IMG/VR virus record: IMGVR_UViG_3300020045_000751
Span: 1 to 26,015 of that record
Source of the DNA: a virus
Lineage: Duplodnaviria; Caudoviricetes
Strand: one strand, 5' to 3'
Length of the DNA stretch: 26,015 nucleotides
Below are positions 17,109 to 25,602 of this stretch, piece by piece. The notes beneath the pieces were generated by a model. It did no database searches. It was not told the origin of the DNA and saw only the letters and a program-made list of their open reading frames with translations. A program made the position numbers and the translations under genes. The first letter of the stretch is position 1, and the number at the start of each line of letters is the position of its first letter.

Positions 17109-17469
17109 ATCGTTCTGTAGCCCATGATTGTTATACCTGCCTGTAATACTGTGTTTGATGCTGCTATCTCGGAGCGCTGCATAAGCTGCACAACGCCTGC
17201 AATAGCACCAACGGAAACAACCCACTTGCCAAGTATTGGCGTGTTTGTATTGATCGCACGGACTCCGGTTGTCGCGCCAGTGGTTGTTGCGCTCCATCTA
17301 GTCCGTCTGCGCCTGGCTCTCCGCTAGCGGTAGAAGCCACGCCACTTGACTCGGGCACGAGCTTTAGCAGGTTGCCGACTGATACCGTCGAAACTCCACG
17401 GTTTGAGCGATCGAACAGGAATACGTGACTCCACGGATTCACTGCATCGGAAATCGGGTAATTTCTCAC
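17105..17469 (-). pseudogene. Frame-disrupted fibre/decoration gene (collagen-like start joined out of frame to a beta-domain end)
   Basis: Frame 0 looks protein-like up to GEPGADGLDG (~17294). The -1 frame from ~17290 reads ATTTGATTGVRAINTNTPILGKWVVSVGAIAGVVQLMQRSEIAASNTVLQAGITIMGYRTI and stops in an ATGA overlap with the next gene. Confidence 0.65.
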
Positions 17470-17933
17470 AGCTCTAGCTCGTCGTTGCCGGTCGAAATGA
17501 TCGGCTCAGGGTCAGCAGACCATGACGTGCCCCAATAGGTCTTGTGCCCAGATCCCAGCGGATAGCCACCAGGCATCTGACGTGCCATCGGCTTAACCGC
17601 CTGCGTGAACATCGCATCCTTTGCAGCTCGGGCCATAGCAAGATAGACCGGCGTCACTTGCTTTCCATGAGCCGATGCAATTATGGGACCAAGATTCAGA
17701 TACACCGCAGCCAGTGCGGAATCAGGGAGATAGGTTTCCTCGTCTACATCTCCACTCGTTGGGTCTGACGGGATCGGCCATCCCAAGCGAATGCCTTGAG
17801 CGTTCCATTGCGCCATCATCGCATCAAGCATCTGCCGAGCAAATTCAATCTGCTCAGGCTGCAAATCGAACGTGTACCCAGCGAGGCCAACAGCCCCGTA
17901 GGTCATGCCGATGATCTGGCGCTTGGTGGTCAC
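17466..17933 (-). CDS. Head-tail adaptor (P22 gp4-like)
   Basis: TKRQII...DLQPEQIEFARQMLDAMMAQW...GIRLGW...YPLGSGHK matches the gp4 pattern. Confidence 0.85.
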   Translation of the reverse strand: MTTKRQIIGMTYGAVGLAGYTFDLQPEQIEFARQMLDAMMAQWNAQGIRLGWPIPSDPTSGDVDEETYLPDSALAAVYLNLGPIIASAHGKQVTPVYLAMARAAKDAMFTQAVKPMARQMPGGYPLGSGHKTYWGTSWSADPEPIISTGNDELEL

Positions 17934-18211
17934 TTCAAAGCCTCATCAATCATGGCGGACAGCTTCTTATCGCCTGTCCTGCCGTCAAATTTCAATCCAA
18001 GCTCTTTGGCCTTGGCTTCCATTTCATCGCGTGTTGCCGGGCCTGTATCCAATGGCTCAGCGGCAGCTTCTTGTGCAGCGTACTGATCTAGGCACCATCC
18101 ATCGGCCACAGCCTGCGCATACTCTTCTTCGCTGACAATGCGCCAGTCATAGCGGCCAGACTCAAGCGCCAGCATCGTGCCGACGCGGTAAACCATGCGC
18201 GGAAATTCCAT
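17930..18211 (-). CDS. Hypothetical protein downstream of the coat gene, 93 aa
   Basis: Start MEFPRMVY at 18211. C-terminal small helical motif TRDEMEAKAKELGLKFDGRTGDKKL. Confidence 0.8.
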   Translation of the reverse strand: MEFPRMVYRVGTMLALESGRYDWRIVSEEEYAQAVADGWCLDQYAAQEAAAEPLDTGPATRDEMEAKAKELGLKFDGRTGDKKLSAMIDEALK

Positions 18212-18221
18212 GTGATCCCCA

Positions 18222-18247
18222 TAAAAAGCAGGGGCCGAAGCCCCCAC
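18222..18247 (-). terminator. Intrinsic terminator after the major capsid gene
   Basis: The minus strand reads GGGGC-TTCG-GCCCC-TGCTTTTT, about 10 nt after the coat stop. Confidence 0.8.
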
Positions 18248-18256
18248 TTAATCCAT

Positions 18257-19480
18257 TTACGTTTGATTTGCGAGGATGATGCCGCACTTGGCCGGATCGC
18301 GGACCGTGGCAGCGTACAGGGTGGTATGACGCACCTTGAGAATGCCGGTCATGGCGTCGATCTGGGCAACCATCACCAGCGGCACACCATTCTTGGTGGT
18401 AGCGGTCATCACCTGAGCGCCAGCATTCGATGGGAATGCAAGGCGACCGAAGTCCAGACACACAGCACCCTGCGACCAGAACGCGTTCACAGGCTTGGAA
18501 ACGGTGTTCAGGAAGGTGATGGCAGCACCAGCAGCAGCTTGCGCCGTGCAGTTCTGGTAAGGGCCAGTGATGACGATCTTCGGAGAGACCACCAAGTTGG
18601 CCGTGCCTGCGCCAGAAATCACGCGGAAGGTCTGCAACTGGCCCGTATCGCTCTTGTCGATCATATGGACAGCGTTCACACCAGCGATGGTGAAGGCATC
18701 ACCGTTCTTGATGTTGGCGATGTTCGCGCCAGCAACCACCAGAGCACCGACGCGGTTATCTGTCGGCACATCACCAGTCATCGACGTGACAGTGTGCGAG
18801 GTGTTCGCGTTCACGGTCGTGCCGGACACAGTACCGATTGCGGCAAGGTTGGCAACAGTGTCGGTGCGGAACGTGGCGAACGATGCGATATCGGGCACCT
18901 TCGAGCGCTCGTAAGCGTCCTTCGAGCGGTCACCCAGATAGGCGCGGTTGCCCAGGTCTTTGGCGATGTCCTTATAGTCAAACGGGTTCAGGAACAGCTT
19001 GCGGTCGCTGGACTGAATACCACGCGACAGCATCAGGGCTTCGGCGGTAGCGCCGTCATCCCAAGCCAGAGCGCCGACTTTCTTCACCACGATGTTTGCG
19101 CGGGCTGCAACCTGAGCGTACAGGTTCTTGTCAATCTCAGCGGCCAGGCGAAGAGCAGCGGCCTTGCCCATGTTCTTCATGTGGTTCGGGTCGCGCAGCT
19201 CCTTGGCGTCAAGGGTGTACTTCACGTTGTCGGGGCTGCGGAACACGGTGGGCACCATGCGTTGAACCACATCAACAGCGGTAGCGCCGGAGATGTCCAA
19301 GCCGGTCACCACATCGGCGTGGTAAGCCTCAGGGACATAGAACGTATCGCCAGCACGCTGCATGGCGGTGGGATCTGGGTAGGTGGTATCAGCTTCCATG
19401 CTGACAACACAAGCGGCGTCGAATTGTTCGACAAAAGGCTCGAAAGCGAGTTCGAGGTCTTTGATAAGAGCGTTAGCCAT
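18257..19480 (-). CDS. Major capsid protein (P22 coat family)
   Basis: MANALIKDLE...MQRAGDTFYVP, an I-domain-like KNGDAFTIAGVNAVHMIDK.DTGQLQTFRV segment, and C-terminal CGIILANQ. SD AAAGG. Confidence 0.93.
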   Translation of the reverse strand: MANALIKDLELAFEPFVEQFDAACVVSMEADTTYPDPTAMQRAGDTFYVPEAYHADVVTGLDISGATAVDVVQRMVPTVFRSPDNVKYTLDAKELRDPNHMKNMGKAAALRLAAEIDKNLYAQVAARANIVVKKVGALAWDDGATAEALMLSRGIQSSDRKLFLNPFDYKDIAKDLGNRAYLGDRSKDAYERSKVPDIASFATFRTDTVANLAAIGTVSGTTVNANTSHTVTSMTGDVPTDNRVGALVVAGANIANIKNGDAFTIAGVNAVHMIDKSDTGQLQTFRVISGAGTANLVVSPKIVITGPYQNCTAQAAAGAAITFLNTVSKPVNAFWSQGAVCLDFGRLAFPSNAGAQVMTATTKNGVPLVMVAQIDAMTGILKVRHTTLYAATVRDPAKCGIILANQT

Positions 19481-19600
19481 GATTTGGCCTTTCTAAAAAC
19501 AGATGAGTGAATTGCGGTTTCCCGCGCTTGACTCACCAGTAATCGGAGGTGGGGCCGAATCATTCCAACTCGGTTTAACGTCCCGGGTGACGTGATGGCG

Positions 19601-19629
19601 GTTTTACATCAACCGCCGTAAATTGTCAA
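19601..19629 (-). promoter_or_regulatory. Candidate sigma70 promoter for the coat gene
   Basis: TTGACA-17 bp-TAAAAC right after the scaffold stop, with an inverted repeat GGCGGTT/AACCGCC around the -10. Confidence 0.55.
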
Positions 19630-19630
19630 T

Positions 19631-20509
19631 TCACTTCTTGAGCCGCTCTTTCTCACGATAGTATTTATCGTAGTTGCCCGTCTCTTGAGCTTCTTTGTGC
19701 AATCGGTCGAGGTTCGACGCGGTTACACCCGGCGTTTTTCCAGACCCGGTAATTGTGCGCTCAGGAGGTGGCGGAGTGTTGCGCGGCTTGATTTTGACGT
19801 TCATTTCAATCTTGACCAGTTCTTTGATGAATTTACCATCTGATTTGATGGCGGCTAGCTTGCTCAGCGTGTCAGGGCTAGAACCCAATGCAGCGACCAA
19901 AGCCGCAGGATCATCGGCAATGTCCAGCAACATCGATTGACGCGACGATGGAAGACGTGAAACAACCTCTTCTTCCGCTTCCTGAATCTTTTCCTTTTGG
20001 AATCTGGCCTTACCCTTCACGTATTCCTCTTTGCGCTTCTGGAATTCCTTGGCCGTCTCTTCATTGGCTACGCGCTGAGCTTCGGCCTGGCGGTCTGCTT
20101 CGGCTTTCTTCCCGGTCCATTCCCTATAAGCAGCCTTGAACTTTTCGGCGTCATAGTCAAAATCCTCAAGCTCAGGCTCTTTCTCAGGCGCGGCTTGCTT
20201 GGCCCCTTGCAGGGCTTGCAATTGTTCCTCAAGCTGGCGGCTGCGCTTCTGCTCTTCGCGGTAGCGCTTGCGCAGGTCATTCACCCACGGCTTAGCTGGC
20301 TCCTCCTCTTCGGCCTGCTCTTCGCCCAGGGTAACGACTAGCTCTTCTGGTGCTTCGGCCTGAGCGTCTTCTGCCTGCTCTTCGCCAGTTTCAACCGGCT
20401 CTTCGTCCAGTTGTTCATCTTCGCCCGTATCGTCAGGCTCCAATTCCTGAACATCCGTACCGGATGCGTCTTCATCAGGCGACTGGAGGCGGAACTTCTT
20501 GATTTGCAT
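19631..20509 (-). CDS. Scaffolding protein
   Basis: Very acidic N-terminus, coiled coil, and a P22-like C-terminal coat-binding helix pair (LDRLHKEAQETGNYDKYYREK). Lies between portal and coat. Confidence 0.88.
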   Translation of the reverse strand: MQIKKFRLQSPDEDASGTDVQELEPDDTGEDEQLDEEPVETGEEQAEDAQAEAPEELVVTLGEEQAEEEEPAKPWVNDLRKRYREEQKRSRQLEEQLQALQGAKQAAPEKEPELEDFDYDAEKFKAAYREWTGKKAEADRQAEAQRVANEETAKEFQKRKEEYVKGKARFQKEKIQEAEEEVVSRLPSSRQSMLLDIADDPAALVAALGSSPDTLSKLAAIKSDGKFIKELVKIEMNVKIKPRNTPPPPERTITGSGKTPGVTASNLDRLHKEAQETGNYDKYYREKERLKK

Positions 20510-22565
20510 TCATCGGTCCTTGCTCGGCATTAATAGGGGCCGGTCCCTGCTCACCCACAGCGGGCGGATTCATTTGCGTTTGCTGCATCTGTGCGGCGTT
20601 CATGTCGAATTCCGTGATGGTCTTCAACATGTTCACCTCAGTCTCTGCCGCCTTGTTCAAGGCCAGAACCGTATCAGCGCCTGCCTTCTTCGTCAGTGCG
20701 CGGGACTTGTCAGCTTCGGCCTTGAGATATTCGGCGTTCGGGTCTGGTGGCTGGCTGGCCTGATCTTCTGCCATGCGCTTCTTGTCCTCTTCGGTCGGCT
20801 CAACAACGCCCATTGAAACCAGTTTTCGGCGGTAGAACTCGCGCAGATCAGACAGACCCTCTCCGTCCATGTTCTGCATTGCAGCGGCCAAAAGCACCTG
20901 TTTCGTCTGCTCGTCGCCTGTCAACATGGCAATGTTCGTCAATGCGCTAACCGTGGCTTGGCGCTTGGAATCGCTGGACGGACCAACATCTGCCGTCACC
21001 TCGAATTCAGCGCGGGCCATGTCGTTTTCGATCTGTGCTGCCCCGTCTTTCAACACCGGGCGTTGCAGTTCAACCGCTTCAATAGCACCTTGTTTCGTCA
21101 ATCCTCGCATCTTGCGGCCCGACTCCACATAAACGTCCTTCGCCATCGACAGCCAAATCTCACCAGAGCGCCGAACGGCCTTCGCCATGTTGCTCATGTA
21201 GATGAATGCTTGCTTGTCAATTCGGGTCTGGATCAGCTCCACAGCCTTTCCTGACTGGTTAGCCTCCATCTGTTCACCTTGCTGCTGATTGCCCAGGATG
21301 TCGGACATGTCCTGCTCAGTGATCTGGAGCAGTGCAGCCATAGCAGGCGCAAGGGTCGGAGGCTTCGTGTACGAAACTGCTTGAGCAATCGTTACGTTAC
21401 CAGCCTCGTCACGAACAGGGTTAATCAGCAGGAAAGGGTTGTTATTGATGTGATCGTTTGCCCACAATTCCTCGTGGCCCGTGACTTGCTCAGGCAGAAG
21501 AATCGGCTTCTCAATTGGGGATACTGCTGCAATGTAAGCTAGAACAGAGAGTTGTATGTTTTTCAACCTGGCCGAGTCTTTTGCAAGCCTCACGTGCCCC
21601 ATGAACCGCTCAACCCCATCGACATACCAGCGCTTGCCGTAGACCGGAACAATCGGGATTTGGCACCCAGCGATGTAGCCGCAATCCTCTAGCACCTCGT
21701 GGCCGTCCATCAGGTACTTATGGACTCGATACTCTTCGATCTTGCGCGTGCTGATCAATTCCCAACCCGTATCTTCTAGGGTCTGGCGAAGCTCTTCATC
21801 CGCCTCATATTCGGCCTCTTTTACCTTGCGCACCTCTTCGCTTACAGGGTGCTGCCAAGTGTCGGTTGTGACCTTGATGCTTTCCCGCTCATACAGTTCG
21901 GCAATGTAAACCGTATCAGGAGTGAACCAATCAAACGATGTTGGCTCAACCTCTCGCTTGATCGATATGGCTTCTTTGCCCCATTCAGCCTTAAAGGCTT
22001 TCGGCGTCATGCCAGTCAACACCCAGCAGCGGCGGGCGTCGCTTTTGTCCTGGCGCTTGGCGTCTAGATCGAAGTAAACGCACATGTCGGCGTCGTAGAT
22101 CGGCTCGATCTTGATGCACTGGCTTTCGTTCTCTTCGTCTGAATCGTCTTCATACTCAGCACGCAGGCGCCACGCACCGAAGCCACCGCCTACAGCCTCT
22201 TCAAAGGCGTTGTCATAGGCTTCCTCTGCGACCGAAGCCTGTTCATCAGCGCGATACAGCATGTCGCAGGTATCGGCCAACTCTTGATTGTCCGAACCGT
22301 CCTTGCTGATGAAATCGACCGTGATGCGGTTGTTCCGGTACTCGTTGAACAGGCGAATAACCGCGAGGTGGATCTTGTTGACCTCAACCTTGGGGCGATT
22401 CTCAAACTGTGAACCTAGGTCGCCTTCCCACATTGCCCCAGCGATGGAGTAGAACCGGCGATCCTGCAACGCCTGCTCACGTTCAGGTCGCTGCGCCTCG
22501 AATACGCTGTCGAACTCTTCAATCGCGTCTTTGTGCAGATCGCGCAGTTTTGCGGTTTGTCGCAT
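20475..22565 (-). CDS. Portal protein (P22-like)
   Basis: About 696 aa, with DRRFYSIAGAMWEG, AYDNAFEEAVGGGFGAWRL, IPIVPVYGKRW and DVGPSSDSKRQATV. Start is 22565 (TAATG coupling) or 22571. Confidence 0.93.
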   Translation of the reverse strand: MRQTAKLRDLHKDAIEEFDSVFEAQRPEREQALQDRRFYSIAGAMWEGDLGSQFENRPKVEVNKIHLAVIRLFNEYRNNRITVDFISKDGSDNQELADTCDMLYRADEQASVAEEAYDNAFEEAVGGGFGAWRLRAEYEDDSDEENESQCIKIEPIYDADMCVYFDLDAKRQDKSDARRCWVLTGMTPKAFKAEWGKEAISIKREVEPTSFDWFTPDTVYIAELYERESIKVTTDTWQHPVSEEVRKVKEAEYEADEELRQTLEDTGWELISTRKIEEYRVHKYLMDGHEVLEDCGYIAGCQIPIVPVYGKRWYVDGVERFMGHVRLAKDSARLKNIQLSVLAYIAAVSPIEKPILLPEQVTGHEELWANDHINNNPFLLINPVRDEAGNVTIAQAVSYTKPPTLAPAMAALLQITEQDMSDILGNQQQGEQMEANQSGKAVELIQTRIDKQAFIYMSNMAKAVRRSGEIWLSMAKDVYVESGRKMRGLTKQGAIEAVELQRPVLKDGAAQIENDMARAEFEVTADVGPSSDSKRQATVSALTNIAMLTGDEQTKQVLLAAAMQNMDGEGLSDLREFYRRKLVSMGVVEPTEEDKKRMAEDQASQPPDPNAEYLKAEADKSRALTKKAGADTVLALNKAAETEVNMLKTITEFDMNAAQMQQTQMNPPAVGEQGPAPINAEQGPMNANQEVPPPVA

Positions 22566-23788
22566 TACCATCTCACTTTCACGGACGCATGGCGTACTTC
22601 AATGGGTTTCTGAACGTTCTGAGCCCGGCGTGCACCTTCGCAGGCGTACCGGATTGCATCAATTACGTGGTTGTCTTTGTCTGACAGTTCAGGCAATACC
22701 TTGTCAGTCAGAGCGTCCACCTTATAGCTGTAATGCGTCAATTCGTCAATTGTATGCACACAGCGAGGATGCACAACAATATCGAACGATTGAAGCCATG
22801 AAACGCCCTCTTCCAAGCTTCTAGCCCCTTTAACTGCGGGCATGATCTTGGGGAATCCGTTCTTTCTCATGTGCGAGATAGTCTCTGGGCGGGCGGAATC
22901 AGCGGTAATCGGCCAGCGCTCCGAGTCTGGAACAGTCATGAACAGCGACGGAGTATCCGTGATTTCGCACCCAACCTGGTAAGCCTCGTAATCGATGTAC
23001 AGTTTCCGACCCTCTATGTAGCAGCGTACAAGAACAGTCGGATCAACGGAGAACCCCCAGTCAGCGCCATATCGCAGAACAGCATCACGCGGCGTTTCAA
23101 ACTCTTGTATCGCCCAGTTGCTGAACACCTTGGAATCAGATCGCTGGAGGTATTTCCCTTCCCAAACGTGCGCGTACTTATCAGGGTCGCGGCCACGGTC
23201 ATACTCCATTTCCTCACGGAGCACATCGGGGAACATTGGGTTATCACGCCAATTGACCTCGACAACAGCCGTTCGAGGTGGTGGATTTTCGCCCCTCAAC
23301 AGCAGATCAATTGGGTCTGTTGCTTTGTTCGGGTTCCAGCTTGCCCATATCTGCGAATCATCCTCTCGCAGTGTGGGCCGAAGCAACTCTAGAGAGCGCT
23401 GGCTCAGCGACTGGGCCTCTTCAATCCATGCGACGTTAAAGCCTTGCAGCGACTTGATGGAGTCCGCTGTGTGATCCTGCATACCCTGGAAGATGAACAG
23501 CGAGCCATGCGGGCCGATGATCTTGGATTGCTGGCAGTCAAACAGATGCCCAACGCCGAACTCCTCAATCTTGGCCTCTAGCAGCTTCTTGACGGACTGG
23601 TCTAGGGTCTTCTGCACCTCACGCACGCAGACGAGATGGAATTTCCCCATCAACGCCCGTTCAATGGCGTGCTCTGCGAAGAAATGAGACTTCCCAGACC
23701 CACGGCCACCATGTGCGCCAATGTAACGCAGATCGTCCTGCAACAGCGGCAGGAATACGCGTGGCGTCTTGATTTCCAGCGTCGTCAC
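22565..23788 (-). CDS. terL: Terminase large subunit (PBSX-like)
   Basis: Walker A GGRGSGKS, Walker B AWIEEA, and nuclease motifs GADWGFSVDP and DNHVIDAIRY. Confidence 0.95.
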   Translation of the reverse strand: MTTLEIKTPRVFLPLLQDDLRYIGAHGGRGSGKSHFFAEHAIERALMGKFHLVCVREVQKTLDQSVKKLLEAKIEEFGVGHLFDCQQSKIIGPHGSLFIFQGMQDHTADSIKSLQGFNVAWIEEAQSLSQRSLELLRPTLREDDSQIWASWNPNKATDPIDLLLRGENPPPRTAVVEVNWRDNPMFPDVLREEMEYDRGRDPDKYAHVWEGKYLQRSDSKVFSNWAIQEFETPRDAVLRYGADWGFSVDPTVLVRCYIEGRKLYIDYEAYQVGCEITDTPSLFMTVPDSERWPITADSARPETISHMRKNGFPKIMPAVKGARSLEEGVSWLQSFDIVVHPRCVHTIDELTHYSYKVDALTDKVLPELSDKDNHVIDAIRYACEGARRAQNVQKPIEVRHASVKVRW

Positions 23789-24243
23789 TTAGTCGGATCG
23801 ATGATGACGCGCTTTATTGTCTGGATCGTCAACGGGTTTTCACTATCCCCTGATAGCTCCAGCTTTTCACCGTACTTCTTTGGGCGAAGCTTTCCGGCCA
23901 TCCACTTACGCGCATCAACCCTCAAGCGGTTCCTGGCAACGGCAACAGAGTCATAAGTAATGACCTCTTCGGCGTCTTCACCTTGTCCGATTACCTTCGT
24001 TGTCGTCTGCGCTTCGTCAGCAATATCTAGAATTTCTTCAAATAAAACATCAGCTTGCGCCTCTCTGGCCTTCGCGTACTGGTCCTGAAAGGCTTTGTCG
24101 TTTGCTAGCCATCGGAAGATAGTTGACCTTGCTGGCATTCCATCATCGTTTGAAACGATAGAGCGCAGGCTTTTGCCATCGGCGATACCTTCACAGATAT
24201 GCGATGCCAACTCTTCGGTAAATACTGTAGGTCGTCCAGCCAT
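23785..24243 (-). CDS. terS: Terminase small subunit
   Basis: MAGRPTVFTEELASHICEGIADGKSLRSI...STIFRWL...RLRVDARKWMAGKLRPKKYG is an Sf6 gp1-like pattern. Confidence 0.92.
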   Translation of the reverse strand: MAGRPTVFTEELASHICEGIADGKSLRSIVSNDDGMPARSTIFRWLANDKAFQDQYAKAREAQADVLFEEILDIADEAQTTTKVIGQGEDAEEVITYDSVAVARNRLRVDARKWMAGKLRPKKYGEKLELSGDSENPLTIQTIKRVIIDPTK

Positions 24244-24249
24244 ACGTCT

Positions 24250-24258
24250 ATAGTATCA
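24250..24258 (-). promoter_or_regulatory. Extended -10 candidate upstream of terS
   Basis: TGaTACTAT lies 6 nt before ATG 24243, with no SD. Confidence 0.4.
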
Positions 24259-24375
24259 CTGCAAGTAATGTGCCCACAAGAACGGCATCACTACGAACAC
24301 CATCCACCAATACGGCGATGCCATGAGTGCAAAAGACATTGCTGTCAGGATTGTGATGTTGAAAAGCTTGCTCAT
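24256..24375 (-). CDS. 39-aa hydrophobic membrane peptide
   Basis: MSKLFNITILTAMSFALMASPYWWMVFVVMPFLWAHYLQ. Absent from the ORF track. Confidence 0.5.
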   Translation of the reverse strand: MSKLFNITILTAMSFALMASPYWWMVFVVMPFLWAHYLQ

Positions 24376-24465
24376 GTTAGTTCCAGTTAGGCCGATTTGT
24401 CAGAGGACTGGGGCTTGCTCTGCGGAATTCAGGCTTTCGCCACACATCGGCCATGTGCCATGACG

Positions 24466-24621
24466 TTACTGTTTTCTGTTCTGTTCAATGCTCTGCGCGA
24501 GGTACTTTCGCAGCCATACAGGCCCGCCGATGCGTTTGTACTCTTCCCGTAGCGTTTTGGTTACCCTGGCTGCGATCTGTATCTGTTTTGGCGTGGTGAT
24601 TTCGCTCTTAGGTCTTGGCAT
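24466..24621 (-). CDS. Small RHH-like DNA-binding protein, 51 aa
   Basis: MPRPKSEITTPKQIQIAARVTKTLREEYKRIGGPVWLRKYL. TGATG-coupled start at 24621. Confidence 0.75.
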   Translation of the reverse strand: MPRPKSEITTPKQIQIAARVTKTLREEYKRIGGPVWLRKYLAQSIEQNRKQ

Positions 24622-24983
24622 CAGAACCCCACCGAGCTGATATTGAATGCATCGGTTGCGCCCGCCCTGGCTGGTTGCGTCATCCATGAGGTGTTGAGCC
24701 TTTCACGCATTGTGCCATTCAGGCACGGCATTTCACGCTTCGGCGGCTTTGGAGGTGCTTTGTACTTCGACCACAATATTCGGCCTTCTGGCGTGTCTTC
24801 CCGGCTCACCATCTTGGATTCAGCCATTCCTCGCAGAATGTTCGCCATGCGCTCACGGCTATAGCCGTCAAATGGTGCGGCGATTTCCGTGGTTGTGAGC
24901 TTGTTCTTACCGATCAGTTCCAAGATGCTGATGCGCAATGGGCTGATGTTGGTGGCGTAGGGGCTGGGTTTCTTCTCTGTCAT
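24621..24983 (-). CDS. Winged-helix-like hypothetical protein
   Basis: ILELIGKNKLTTTEIAA...MANILRGMAESKMVSRE has a wHTH pattern. Coupled on both sides. Confidence 0.7.
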   Translation of the reverse strand: MTEKKPSPYATNISPLRISILELIGKNKLTTTEIAAPFDGYSRERMANILRGMAESKMVSREDTPEGRILWSKYKAPPKPPKREMPCLNGTMRERLNTSWMTQPARAGATDAFNISSVGF

Positions 24984-25231
24984 TTTTGATCCTGTTTTGG
25001 CGGTGGTGGAAGTGGCATCCAGTGGGTTGGCGCCTCATAAAAGCCGAACATTTCCGTCGCAAGTTCATGCTTTTTAGCCCATAACTCACTATCTCCACAT
25101 CTCCAGACGCCATTAAATGATGGGACAAATCCATAATGTGCGATGTCTGGCTTTGGAGAAATTGCCGTCATATCGATGATGAGAACTTCGCTACCATCCT
25201 TCGGCGCCGTCTCAATAGGTTGCCAGATCAT
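24980..25231 (-). CDS. DUF551-like phage protein
   Basis: WQPIETAPKDG...PTHWMPLPPPP signature. Confidence 0.88.
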   Translation of the reverse strand: MIWQPIETAPKDGSEVLIIDMTAISPKPDIAHYGFVPSFNGVWRCGDSELWAKKHELATEMFGFYEAPTHWMPLPPPPKQDQK

Positions 25232-25602
25232 TTCATTTCCTTAACAAACACGCCATCCGCACGGAGATGGCCTTTGCGGTCTTTGATTTCCTCGTAAGCC
25301 TTCGATAAGCAGGCCGTCAGGTCAACGTCAGCTGTCGCAGCGCCTACGATAAGCGTTACCAAAACATCCCCTAGTGCGTCTTGGTATTTTCGATTCCAGT
25401 TGTCGAATTGCGAATCAAGTGCTAAAGACTCTATATCCCATTTTTTCAAGAATCGGAGAACTTCTATCGCTGATGCGGCTTCCATAAGCTCCCCGGCCTC
25501 TTCGAGCGTCTTGCGGGCCTGAGCCTGAATGTTGCTGTTCTGGATGATCTGCCGCTCTTCTGCCCAGCGGATCACTTCAATCTCTAGCTGTTGATAACTC
25601 AT
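25228..25602 (-). CDS. MazG-like all-alpha NTP pyrophosphohydrolase
   Basis: Start MSYQQLE at 25602. WAEER...KTLEEAGEL...DALGDVLVTL...AYEEIKDRKG...FVKE. Confidence 0.85.
   Translation of the reverse strand: MSYQQLEIEVIRWAEERQIIQNSNIQAQARKTLEEAGELMEAASAIEVLRFLKKWDIESLALDSQFDNWNRKYQDALGDVLVTLIVGAATADVDLTACLSKAYEEIKDRKGHLRADGVFVKEMK

Noticed and set aside
18212-19510. 432-aa plus-strand ORF
   Set aside because: It is the antisense shadow of the codon-biased coat gene, with no recognisable motifs.
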